Source: a virus
Taxonomy: Duplodnaviria; Caudoviricetes
Reading direction: 5' to 3' (one strand)
Virus record (IMG/VR): IMGVR_UViG_3300025647_000027
Span: 5,936-69,935 of that record
DNA length: 64,000 bases
The notes under the pieces are model-generated. The model did not search any database. It was not told where the DNA came from and saw only the letters and a program-made list of their open reading frames with translations. Below, one piece after another: positions 38,029-48,900 of the stretch; the stretch's first letter is position 1; every line of letters starts with the position of its first letter. The translations under genes and the position numbers were made by a program.

Positions 38029-40296
38029 ATGAGTAACAGATTTTCACAAACTACAACAGCAGGATTTAAGGGTCTTTCCTTAGATGAGATAATGGCTATT
38101 CCATTAGCTAAACAAACTCGTCAGGATGCTTCATTGGCGGCAACTGATGAATTACAAGCGCTAGAAGCTAAAAGACTTGAGAGTGATGCTCCTGTCGTTG
38201 ATGCAGAATTAGAAAGAATTAGAAAGGAATCAGAACAGATTTCAAAAGACTTAATGGAAAGAGGTGTAGATAGAAACTTATCTAATAAACTTCGTAGTCT
38301 TAGATCATCTCAAAAGAAATCCTTTGGTGCTTCTGGAGTTGTTGGTCAATCTGAAGCTAACTATAAAGCGGCTCAGTCTTATATTAATAATCTTGCAACT
38401 AAGAAAGAACAACAAGCTGGATGGTCACCTCAACAAGCTAAAATATGGGCTACCTCACAGGTTAGTAATTTTGGCAGTTCATTTGATGAATTAGGTAATT
38501 TTAGACAGTTTCAAGGAGCAGGTATGTCTCAAAAGGTAGAGAGTAATGATTGGATTAATAAAAATCTAAAACTTATTGCTTCAGATACTAATCAAGAGAT
38601 GATGAAATATGCTGGTAATTTAGATCAATTCAATGAAGCATATGCCTCTGGTCTAGTTACAGAGAAAGACTTCAATAAGATTATGTCTTCCTTAACCATT
38701 ATGGCAGCTAATGATCCGGATTTACAAGCATCTCTAAAACAACAACAATTCTTTGACCCCAATGCAGGTGATCCAAAAAATATTGGATCATGGTCTGTAA
38801 AATACAGAGAAGATGGTACAAAGACTGACGTATTTACACCTGGTAATGAATTTGGTAGACAATTGTATGGCGCCGCATTAGGAGTTAAATCAATGGATAA
38901 GACATATAAGTTTCATTTTCAAACTGATATTGCTGCTAAAGCTTTATTTGAAGCTGGCCTTGAAGAAAAAGAAGCTAATGCATTAGTTAGAGCTGCTGAT
39001 GGTGTATTGAATACTATTACTCCTGATAATATTGATCAGATTAGAGAAAATACAGATTTAGCTTTAAAAGAACTTGATAGACAAACTGGTGCTTTAGCTG
39101 CTAACTGGACTCCAGAGAGAATAAAGGCTAATCCTGATGCGTATGCTTTAGCTCAAAAGAGTCTTAATGATTCTAAAGTTAAGTATTTTAATCTCCAGAA
39201 TAGAATTAAGAGTATAGAAAAAGAAACATTTAAAGAGCTTACTCCTGTTGAACAGGAAGGAAAAGTTTTATATGATAAATTAAGAGAGGGTATTCCAGGT
39301 TATGAACAAGCTAAAAATCAAGATGAGGTTATAACATCTTTAACTGATGCTATTAGAAAATTACCTGGCGGAAAAGAAGTTGTTGGAGAAAGTGGTACTT
39401 TAAGTGAGAGCGGAACAGGAAGTGATGAAATGGAGAATTTCTTAACTTCTAAATATCTAGAACTTAAAGGTGAGAAAGTTAACAAAAATTCAAGAGCAAA
39501 TAGAAGTATATTTAACTGGGTTGGTAGTGAAGACTTAGCTTATGATGATGGTATTGTAGATAAAATGAAAGATGGAGCAAGGGCCCTTAAAGATAAATCT
39601 AAAAAATATCTTGAGCAAAACCCTTATTCTGAATCGTATACTGAATTCGGAGCATTAAACTCTGGTAAGTATTCTAGTAGAATTGGTGCTATTAACCAAA
39701 ATCTAACAGATAATTTCCAAGGAGCTGGATACTCAGAAGCTTATACTGGTATGTCAATAAACCAATATGTTCAAGAGAATTATCCAACTGACCCTTCTTC
39801 AACTGAAGCTAAATATAACTTTGAAATAAGAGTTACGGATGGACTAGATGCCATGGGTTACCCAATTGAACACTTAGTTATTAAGGACAGAAATGGTTCT
39901 GTAATGGAAGTTAAAAGTGTAACAAGAGGTGAGGCTGGTAGAAAAGAACAAAGAGAAACTGGTATTGAGTTGATGAAATCTACTGATCCTACTCTACAAA
40001 AGAAAGGTAAACAAATGCTTGCTAATGATACTATGATGCCTATGATTAAACAAAATGGTGGACTTAGAACAGGAGCTGTTGAAGGTCAGTTTACAGGAGA
40101 ATACAGTAAAGTTGATGTAGATGGAAAGGAACTTCCAATAGTTTGGACTAAAGAAGAAATAGGTGGTCAAGAAATATGGAGAGTAAACGTTGGAGGATTT
40201 AAATCAAGAGAAATACACGGCGAAACAGATATGGCTTCATATCTTGCCGATGAATTATTAGCAGAAATAGATAAATATGGTACAGGAGACAATTAA
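38029..40296 (+). CDS. Cargo/ejection protein
   Basis: 755 aa helical protein two genes upstream of the virion RNAP. Confidence 0.7.
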   Translation: MSNRFSQTTTAGFKGLSLDEIMAIPLAKQTRQDASLAATDELQALEAKRLESDAPVVDAELERIRKESEQISKDLMERGVDRNLSNKLRSLRSSQKKSFGASGVVGQSEANYKAAQSYINNLATKKEQQAGWSPQQAKIWATSQVSNFGSSFDELGNFRQFQGAGMSQKVESNDWINKNLKLIASDTNQEMMKYAGNLDQFNEAYASGLVTEKDFNKIMSSLTIMAANDPDLQASLKQQQFFDPNAGDPKNIGSWSVKYREDGTKTDVFTPGNEFGRQLYGAALGVKSMDKTYKFHFQTDIAAKALFEAGLEEKEANALVRAADGVLNTITPDNIDQIRENTDLALKELDRQTGALAANWTPERIKANPDAYALAQKSLNDSKVKYFNLQNRIKSIEKETFKELTPVEQEGKVLYDKLREGIPGYEQAKNQDEVITSLTDAIRKLPGGKEVVGESGTLSESGTGSDEMENFLTSKYLELKGEKVNKNSRANRSIFNWVGSEDLAYDDGIVDKMKDGARALKDKSKKYLEQNPYSESYTEFGALNSGKYSSRIGAINQNLTDNFQGAGYSEAYTGMSINQYVQENYPTDPSSTEAKYNFEIRVTDGLDAMGYPIEHLVIKDRNGSVMEVKSVTRGEAGRKEQRETGIELMKSTDPTLQKKGKQMLANDTMMPMIKQNGGLRTGAVEGQFTGEYSKVDVDGKELPIVWTKEEIGGQEIWRVNVGGFKSREIHGETDMASYLADELLAEIDKYGTGDN

Positions 40297-43200
40297 TGAT
40301 CCTTTAGACTTAAGCATTGTAGAGAACGCATCAACAGATGAGACGTTAATGCAAAAAGATCCTCAAGAGGATACTAAGCCTAAGGCTAAAGCTAAGTTTG
40401 CTAGTGTTGACCCTACTGAAGAAGTTGTAGCTGATGACCCTAATAACGGTAAAGCTAAATTTTCAGGTGGAGGCCCACAGGTTGTTCAAGATAAAATGTA
40501 TAAAGGATTAGATATCGAAGATTATACAGACTATCTTGGATCTAACATCTTTATGCCTACTGGTGGCGTTGACGCTTTAAATAAGCAACGCGCTATGAAT
40601 CAATCCGGTTGGGAGCAAGCAGGTAATATGCTTGGTCAAGCTGTTGTTGGTGAAATTGTAGGTGGTACTATTGAAGGTTTAGGTTACATCTTAGATGTTG
40701 GTAGCGCACTGGATTATATGACTGGTAATGAAAAGGACTGGGGTAACTTTATGACTGAAGCTGGTAAAGGATTAAGAACATGGAGTCAAGATGCAATGGC
40801 TATACATACTGTTAATCCAGGTAAATTTGATCCGGGAGATTCAGGATGGTGGTTTAGTAACGGTGTTAGTGTAGCTTCTACATTAAGCATGCTTATCCCT
40901 TCTATGGCTGCAACCAAAGCATTAGGCTTCTTGGGTAAGGGAGCAAGTAAGCTTGGTGGTAAATTCTCTAAGATACTTGATGTTGCAGGAAACATGGGTA
41001 AACAAGCTACATGGATGACAGAAGGTATTTCTCAAGCAATAGTATCTAGACATATAGAAAATTCTATGGAAGCTAGTGGCACATTCGAAAGTGCAAAAGC
41101 TGATTACTTAACAAGAACAAATAAAGAAACAGGATTACCATTTACTGAAGAAGAAGCAACTAAATTAGCTTCTGAGGCCGCTGCTTCTAACTACAATAAA
41201 GGCTGGGCCATGTTACTTCAAGATATACCCCAGTATTTAGCATTAGGTAAAATCTTCAATCCTCACACAGGTAGAATGGAGAATGCTTTATCTAAGGCTT
41301 CTCAAAAAGGTAAACAATTAAAATTAAAACCATGGCAACAAAAAGTTGGTAGTGGAATTGGAACATTCTTGTCTGAAGGTTTTGAAGAATCTTACCAATA
41401 TTATATTGCAGAACAAGGTAAAGCACTTGCTGATCTAAATGCTGGATTAATCACAAGAGATAAGTATAATGAGATCATGTCTGACGCCATTGGCTCTGAC
41501 GAGATGATGACTTCTGCATTCTTTGGTGGATTAGGTGGTAATTTATTTCAAATGGCAGGTAAGGGCTTAAATGAGCTCGGAAAAGGAAAGAAAAGAAGAG
41601 AATTCGAAAGCAATTACGAGGAAACTTATAGGTCTACACTTAATGATCGTGCTAAGAATTTCATGTCTATGCAACAAAGGCTAGCTGATGCTGACAACAA
41701 CGATAATGTTGAGGCCAGAGAGATGGTATTAGATGAAATGATGTTGATGATGACTACTGATGCACTGCACCGTGGTAAATTTGATCAACATATTGAATCT
41801 CTTCAAGGTATAGCTAACATGACTAAAGAAGAAGCTAAAGCTTTAGAACAACAAGGTGGTGGTGAATTCAATTTAGAATTAGCTAAGAAGAGTATTCCTG
41901 AAATAATCAAAAAGTCTGAAGAGATGAGATTAGATTATTTGAAGTTCTCTAACAAATACGAAGGTAATATTGCGGCTAAAATGGCCCAAAACAATTACAG
42001 AACTAAAAGATTTGTTGAAAACTCAAAGAAGATGGATGAAAAAATCCAATCTACTACTTATTCTGTTCCGAATATTAATGCTATGTCTACAACTCAACTT
42101 AATAAAGTTGAAGGAGTAATTAAGTTAAGAGCTTTAGCTGAAATGAATCAAGCATTTAAAGATCAACTTAAATCAGGTAAAGTAAGTGAGTTAAGAAAAC
42201 CACATATTGAAAAAATCATAAAAGAAAATGAGGCTAGAATATCTAAGCTAACTAAACAATATGATGCTGAAAATAAAGATGATCCAAGAGATGCTGACAA
42301 AAAGAGAGAAGATTCTAGGATAGCGCAAGGTTTCACAAAAGATATCACTGATGAGCTTGTTCAAGCTAATATGGTTAAGGAGCGTAATAACGCAGAGATA
42401 ATGCTTAATCAATTAGAGAATGATGCTATTCGTAGTGAAAGTTATAGAAATGGCCTTAAAAAAGAAGCTTTAAAAGAAAAGGTTAACTCTAAAATAGAGA
42501 ATGAAGAGCAAGGTGAGGCTATTAAGAAGGAAATTGAAGATGCTCCATTCTTAACTAAGGATGAAAAAGCTGCTGAACTTGCTACTGTTAATGAGAATAT
42601 AGAGGAATTAGCTAATGAGGCTGCTGTTGCTCAAGAATATAAGAATGATGAGGCTAGAGAAGCTGAGAAGTTAGCTGCTGTTAATGAAGCTAAGAAAGAT
42701 ACTAAGACTATAACCAATGCTAACAATGCTAAGGTTAATGATAACGTAGAAGATGAGTTCGCTGAGGAGCAAACTACTGTCTCTAAGATTACTAAAAGCA
42801 AAGAGAAGTCACAAGATAGAGCTATTAATACTAAAGCGTATAAGAACATAAAGGTTCCTATGTATGCTAATCTTAATGGTCCTGGTTGGAAAGACTGGGT
42901 GTTTAATGGTAAGGACAAAACTGGAATCAAGGATGGCAAACCAGTCATTTTAGATTTTGTAATAGGTGATCCTGGTGGAAAATATTCGCAATTAGCCCAA
43001 CAGGCAATTAATATTTACAACAGAGCTAAGGCTAATCCTAAAAACAAGCTTACATCTGAGGAAAAAGATATTTTATTTAATCATCTTCCTATAAAGATTC
43101 AACTTACTGAAGAGATTTGGTCATATATACCTGCATTCTCTCCATCAAATACATTCTTTAAAACTAATGAATTGCCAAAAAGAGAGGCTATCATTAGACA

Positions 43201-45970
43201 GATGTTTAAAGGAAACACTAAAACTCAAGTTACTTATCAATTTGGAGGAAACTTACATGTTGAAGAAACTGAAGATAACACTGTACCTGAAAACAATATA
43301 ATGGATTTCCCATTTATTGATGGTAATATGGGTAAAGTAGACTTAATGGTCACTAATGAAAATGGTACTTTAGTTAAGGCTAGTGATAAAACAGATCATC
43401 CTGACTTTGAAGGATTACAAATAGATGTATTAAGAACACAAGATGACAAAGGAAATCCAGTGCCTTACAAAGGTGGTGTATTTTTAAATGTTCCTAAGGC
43501 TAATGGAGATCCATTTCCTTTAAAACTTAACCTAAGACGTCCAACAACAGTAGAAGCTACATTTGTTGCAGACTTACTTATAGCTGTTATTACCAAGAAG
43601 CTTGGTAAAGAGGCTAGATTAAGTGAACATCCTGAGTTATTTAAAAGATTTAAAGAAGATCATCCTTCTGAATTTGCTGTATTAGGTAAAGATGCTAAAA
43701 CAATGGATGTTGCTAAATTATTTGTACATATGACAGCTGAAACAGCAGGTAAAGAAACTCATTTACACTTAACAGGTGAATGGATTCATTATGGTACAGA
43801 TATGAAAGCTGCTGTTACTCCTAAAAATGTAGTTGACAATAGAGATGCTCTTATTGGATTTATACAAGACTTCAAGAGACGTCAACTTAATCTTAAACAA
43901 TGGAATGATGCTGTAATAGGTCCTAAGTATAGAGAAATGATGACTAATGGTGTAATGTCTACTGACGCTGTTGTTGGTACTGAGAAGCCATTATTTAATG
44001 AGAATAAAACTCTTGGCCGTGACAATGGATTACCTCCATTTAAGTTTGATATAGGATTTGCTGTGCCTGAAGATACTCCCGAAGTTACTGAAGTGAGCCC
44101 TAAGGAAGCAACTAAGACTAACAAAGATATTGATTCTAGACAAGCAGCTTCTGATAATGCTGGTGTTGTTGATGAAAGGGAAAAAGGCTTTGCCGGCGTA
44201 TTCTTTGATAAAAATAGAAAAAGAATTCCAGTATACGGTAAAAATGCTGACATGGTTCGTAAGCTAATAAAGGAAAGATATGATGCTGAAAGATTATCTC
44301 AACCTGCTCAAAAAGCAGCTACTGTTATTAAGGAAGTTCCTACTCAAGAAATAACAATAGATCCATTAAGTAAATCAATAGATGCACAAAAAGCTGAAAT
44401 AGAAAGAAGAAGACAAGAAGAGTTAAAAGATACAGGGGCTACAGACAACAATCTAACAAATGGAAGTAAATGGAGAAAAGTCGAAGTCAAAGAAAATGGC
44501 AAAATCATCCCATTTAATAACTTTACTGTTAAACTAGATGAAGCTATTAAGCTAGCATCTGTAATGGATATAAATAAAGATTTTGGTAAAGATGATAAAT
44601 TTAAAGGGTATGGGTGGAAAGCATACATTGCATTAGGGAAAGAGTTAGATAAGTTAGGTTATAGTTTTATAGCTTCTAAAAATTTATCAGATGGTGCTAT
44701 TAAAACTTGGGATAAGTTAGTTGAAAAAGGATATGCTTATAAAAGAGGAGATAGAAGTTATAAATTTCAAAATAAAGAAAATTCTTCTAATAAATACAAT
44801 AAATATTTTGATACATTAAAAGAAGCTGCTTTTAACCAATTAAATAGTATGTTTGGTAATATACCGTACAGTTCTATTGAAGATTATAAATCTGTTATTG
44901 ATGTTGAAAAAGACAATAATAAAATGGCAGAAGGTTTAAAAAGAACCCTTTCTGCTTATGATGCTAAAGATTATAATATTATAGAGGAATATGGATATAA
45001 AAATATAATAGACGATATATCAAATAATGACCTTTCATTTGAAAAAAGTAACAAAAATGATAATCTAAATTTAGAAGTAGAGTTGATTGAAGATAAAAGA
45101 TTTGATAAAATCAACGCTAAATATGATGCTGAATTAGCTGCTTTAGAAAATAATGAAAAAGCTAATATAGAAAAAAGAAGACAAGAAGAGAGGATAGTAC
45201 ACACAGATATAGATAAAAAGGGGAGAAAACATACTTATTTTACAAAAACTACAGAAAAAGACGGGTTAACTAAAACAAAGTTTACTTTCAATAGAAGTGA
45301 TAAAGATTCTACACAAAGAAACACTGCATCTGTACCTACAGATATTGCTTTAGGGGATAAATATGTAATACCAAAAGAAACAAAAAATGCTGATGGAAGT
45401 ATGTCTGACCAAATTCCTGAAGACACTATTGTACATTCTGTTTTAGAAATAAGAGAAGGAGATGGTAAAATAGGAGCTACTGTAATGTTTCAAGGTAAAA
45501 ATGACCCCACTATAAGGTGGAAAGGAGATATTGTTTTAGAAATCAATGCTGAATATGATGCAGAAATAGCTGCTTTAGGTGATACTACTGTTGAAGATTC
45601 TTCAACTGATCCTGTTTCTAATGGTATTTGGAAAAAGTTTATTGACAAAGGCGATGTATCTAAAATTCAATTAAATAAGATTGCTAAAAAAATTGCTTCA
45701 AATGATTTGCTTTCTTCAAGAGAAAACGCTATCTTTACAGGCAAGACTGCTGAGATAAATGAAATTCTTGTAGATTTACGCGCTTCAGAAGAAGTTAAAG
45801 CTAGAAATAAAATGGCACAAAGAGAATTAAAAGCTAATAAGAACGTAGAAGTAGAGTCTTCTGAAGAAGCAAAAGATGCTGAGAAGATTGATAAAAAACA
45901 AAACACAAAAGAAATAGATCCTAACGTAATTAAAACTGAAGAACAGGGAGACTGGGATTGTATAATATAA
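40277..45970 (+). CDS. Giant cargo/ejection protein with C-terminal polyvalent cassettes
   Basis: 1897 aa; TM-like glycine-rich N-terminal segments, EGFEESYQY motif, coiled coils, bracketed inserts at 44.1-45.6 kb. Confidence 0.8.
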   Translation: MVQETINDPLDLSIVENASTDETLMQKDPQEDTKPKAKAKFASVDPTEEVVADDPNNGKAKFSGGGPQVVQDKMYKGLDIEDYTDYLGSNIFMPTGGVDALNKQRAMNQSGWEQAGNMLGQAVVGEIVGGTIEGLGYILDVGSALDYMTGNEKDWGNFMTEAGKGLRTWSQDAMAIHTVNPGKFDPGDSGWWFSNGVSVASTLSMLIPSMAATKALGFLGKGASKLGGKFSKILDVAGNMGKQATWMTEGISQAIVSRHIENSMEASGTFESAKADYLTRTNKETGLPFTEEEATKLASEAAASNYNKGWAMLLQDIPQYLALGKIFNPHTGRMENALSKASQKGKQLKLKPWQQKVGSGIGTFLSEGFEESYQYYIAEQGKALADLNAGLITRDKYNEIMSDAIGSDEMMTSAFFGGLGGNLFQMAGKGLNELGKGKKRREFESNYEETYRSTLNDRAKNFMSMQQRLADADNNDNVEAREMVLDEMMLMMTTDALHRGKFDQHIESLQGIANMTKEEAKALEQQGGGEFNLELAKKSIPEIIKKSEEMRLDYLKFSNKYEGNIAAKMAQNNYRTKRFVENSKKMDEKIQSTTYSVPNINAMSTTQLNKVEGVIKLRALAEMNQAFKDQLKSGKVSELRKPHIEKIIKENEARISKLTKQYDAENKDDPRDADKKREDSRIAQGFTKDITDELVQANMVKERNNAEIMLNQLENDAIRSESYRNGLKKEALKEKVNSKIENEEQGEAIKKEIEDAPFLTKDEKAAELATVNENIEELANEAAVAQEYKNDEAREAEKLAAVNEAKKDTKTITNANNAKVNDNVEDEFAEEQTTVSKITKSKEKSQDRAINTKAYKNIKVPMYANLNGPGWKDWVFNGKDKTGIKDGKPVILDFVIGDPGGKYSQLAQQAINIYNRAKANPKNKLTSEEKDILFNHLPIKIQLTEEIWSYIPAFSPSNTFFKTNELPKREAIIRQMFKGNTKTQVTYQFGGNLHVEETEDNTVPENNIMDFPFIDGNMGKVDLMVTNENGTLVKASDKTDHPDFEGLQIDVLRTQDDKGNPVPYKGGVFLNVPKANGDPFPLKLNLRRPTTVEATFVADLLIAVITKKLGKEARLSEHPELFKRFKEDHPSEFAVLGKDAKTMDVAKLFVHMTAETAGKETHLHLTGEWIHYGTDMKAAVTPKNVVDNRDALIGFIQDFKRRQLNLKQWNDAVIGPKYREMMTNGVMSTDAVVGTEKPLFNENKTLGRDNGLPPFKFDIGFAVPEDTPEVTEVSPKEATKTNKDIDSRQAASDNAGVVDEREKGFAGVFFDKNRKRIPVYGKNADMVRKLIKERYDAERLSQPAQKAATVIKEVPTQEITIDPLSKSIDAQKAEIERRRQEELKDTGATDNNLTNGSKWRKVEVKENGKIIPFNNFTVKLDEAIKLASVMDINKDFGKDDKFKGYGWKAYIALGKELDKLGYSFIASKNLSDGAIKTWDKLVEKGYAYKRGDRSYKFQNKENSSNKYNKYFDTLKEAAFNQLNSMFGNIPYSSIEDYKSVIDVEKDNNKMAEGLKRTLSAYDAKDYNIIEEYGYKNIIDDISNNDLSFEKSNKNDNLNLEVELIEDKRFDKINAKYDAELAALENNEKANIEKRRQEERIVHTDIDKKGRKHTYFTKTTEKDGLTKTKFTFNRSDKDSTQRNTASVPTDIALGDKYVIPKETKNADGSMSDQIPEDTIVHSVLEIREGDGKIGATVMFQGKNDPTIRWKGDIVLEINAEYDAEIAALGDTTVEDSSTDPVSNGIWKKFIDKGDVSKIQLNKIAKKIASNDLLSSRENAIFTGKTAEINEILVDLRASEEVKARNKMAQRELKANKNVEVESSEEAKDAEKIDKKQNTKEIDPNVIKTEEQGDWDCII
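44390..45577 (+). repeat. Paired bracket repeats KAxIExRRQEE / INAxYDAExAAL
   Basis: Left brackets at 44390-44425 and 45158-45193, right brackets at 45110-45145 and 45542-45577; similar at the DNA level too. Confidence 0.85.
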
Positions 45971-45995
45971 TAAATTTTAAAACGCTATAAAGCAA

Positions 45996-48900
45996 ATGGG
46001 AAAGAATTCGAATTGTATAGGCGCCATGAAGTTTGAGGAAAAGCTAGTTACCATTTTGGGAACTCAAGAACTAGCTAATGCAGAAGCACGAAGAATTGCT
46101 TCTGATTCATTCAAACAAGTATTCGGCGATTGGGAAAACAATAAAGACGCTAAATGGACTGACAAACAAGGTGCATTAAGGCAAGATGATAATGGTTATC
46201 CTAGATTATTTAAATCTGGTAACCAATTCTACTATAAACTTAAGAATGGCAAGAAAGACTTCTTAAACAAGATTAAGTTTCCAGAAATAGATCCAGACGA
46301 CGTATTTGAAATCACTAATCAACTTAGATATGAGCTATTCTCAACTAAGGAGGGATTTGATTTTAATAACATTGAGAACATAAAAGGTCTCAAGATAGCT
46401 GAGTCTATTCAATCTAGCATTGATGCTTATAGAGCTGAAAATGTAGGAGATCCTGATGCACAAATGCGTGCAGATCTTATTGAAAAATATAAGGAAGACT
46501 TTGTTATTGAGGTAAGAACTCAAATTGAAGACATGGGTCTTACATCAAGTAAGCGTATTAAAGCAGGTGCTAGAAAGGATCAAATTGTTGACTTAACTGA
46601 TGAGAATGGAAATCCAGAAGGGGAAATGGCTGAAGAAGACAAATCCACTGGAATGAATTTCGCCGAAAGCTTTACAAAGAATTCTAAAGACACTGCGTCT
46701 GTAAATGTAAAGTTATTATTATCCACTGTATTAGATACTAAAAGAGAGCTTAGGAAAAATCCTGACGGAACTCCGTATGTAAATGAGAACGGTAAAAATG
46801 AAATGGTTATTTCTACTGTTCCTGGTAGGTTTTTAGGTAAGCCACAATTTGTTGAATTTGATGACGTATGGACTACCTTGGAGCCAATGCTAGCTGACTT
46901 AGTTAACTTTAACCTAGGAGGAGATGTTCAGGATGTATTTGACTTAATGGTTGAGAAGCTTGAGGGCTTAAAACTAGTTAAGCCATGGACAGAAGGATTA
47001 GTAGACAGACTAAAAGAATTAAATACTTCAGAGAAGATTGGTGAAAGAAATAAAATTACAGAATTTTTCCAAGCTTTCTCCAAAGCTCAACTTGATTATT
47101 ATGTAACTGAAGTTAACGGTCGTAATATAAAAGTAATCAATGCTTCTTCTACAAACTCGAGATCTAGTAAGCTTAAAGCTGAATGGGGCCGTAATTTTAG
47201 AAAGAAATTCTTAACCAGCAAGGGTAAGATGAATAAAGCTGTCGATGTTGAACAAATATCTGACATGATTACTGAGTCAAAGAAAAAGTTTATAAGCCAA
47301 GTAGGCACAAGAGGAACAACAGCCTCTAAAATTAAAAGTATCAGTGAGAATCTTCCTATTCTAATGGGAGCAATGAATGCGCTTGGTATCAACGTTAACA
47401 ACCTTGATATGCGTAACTTTATTCTTCAGGTTAGTGATCCGGAAAAAAGATATGGTGAAGTAAAAGCTTTATATGAAGGTATGGAAAGAACCATGGCTAT
47501 CATAAAAGATGATAAAGCTCCATTTGTTGTAGCTGGTGAATTTAAAAATCCATTTGATGATCAATTGGTATTAGGTAGATTAGCTACTGCAAGAGGATTG
47601 AGCGCTATTCAATTATCTGAGAATACAATTGTTGGTAATGAAGGTAAGACATATTGGACCTATTCTTCATTAAGTTATTTACATAACAAGCTTAATGCCT
47701 GGAAACAGCAAGCTGGTGTAGATGATACTATGGATATACAAGCTTTAGCTAGCTTAACTTATAACAAGAATTCTAGATGGTTGAAATACTTATTAGCTGC
47801 TGATATTGTTAATGACAGTGAGCGCGAAGCTAAATCATTAGAAAGAATTCAGGATGTTCAAATAGGCTTGTCGAGCTCTATGAAATCCAAAAATAAGAAT
47901 GACGGTGTTGATAATACTAAGATAACAATTGCTGATGCTATTAATGATAGTATGGTAAAAATTCTTGGTAAGAAAGCTTCTGCTCAAAAGTCATTATTTC
48001 CTACTATTGTTCCGGCTGATAAATCCCGTAAAATGGATCTTGCAGGTTTCGAAATGTTTGAAACAGGTATCGTATATACTAATGGTAAAGGAACAGAGGT
48101 TGATGATGCTACATCTGATATCTTTATAGATTACTTTGAAGATGAATTCAACAGGATGGCTGAGGCAGCTGATGAAATAGATAATCTTCCTGATTCAGAA
48201 AAGATAGAGCACTATCATACTAAGAGTATGAATGCGCTTCAGTCTCAATTGTTTCCAGAATTCTCACCTGCTGAAGCTTCTAAGGAAGTTAAAGCTATCT
48301 TATATGATAAGAACCGTCCTAAAAAATCTACAATTTCTGGATTATCTAAAACTCAGAAAGAGGCTTTAAGACCATTTGTTGTACAAGCTATCAAGGATAG
48401 AATGAAAGAAACTCTTCAGGAGTTAAGAAAAAATAAAATTATAGAAGTTGATCCAAAAGAAAAGGGTGGATTAAAGGCCCTTACTATTGATAAATCTTTA
48501 ATGGCTTCATATGAGTCTCAAAGTTCACCAGTGCATACAATGGTTGGTGATTATGTTGTTAATGGACTTATTTCTACTATTGAATATACCAAGTTATTTT
48601 CTGGTGATCCTGCTTATTATAAAAATCAAAGTGATTTGATTAAAAGGATTCCTGCTACCTATACTGATGGATTGCAATTAAGACTTAGTGAGAATGATCA
48701 CAAGTATTTTAATCAAGCAACAGTTAATGGTGTTGAGGTTGCTTCTAAGTATATGAAAGAGATAAGAGATTCTCTTACTGACAAGAAATTAATAGAAGCT
48801 TATAAAAATGTAAATACAACTGATGCTCAAGCATGGATAACTCCTCATAGATGGAAGTTTCTTAAAGAGAGATTAGGCCAATGGGGTGCTCAGCATGAGA

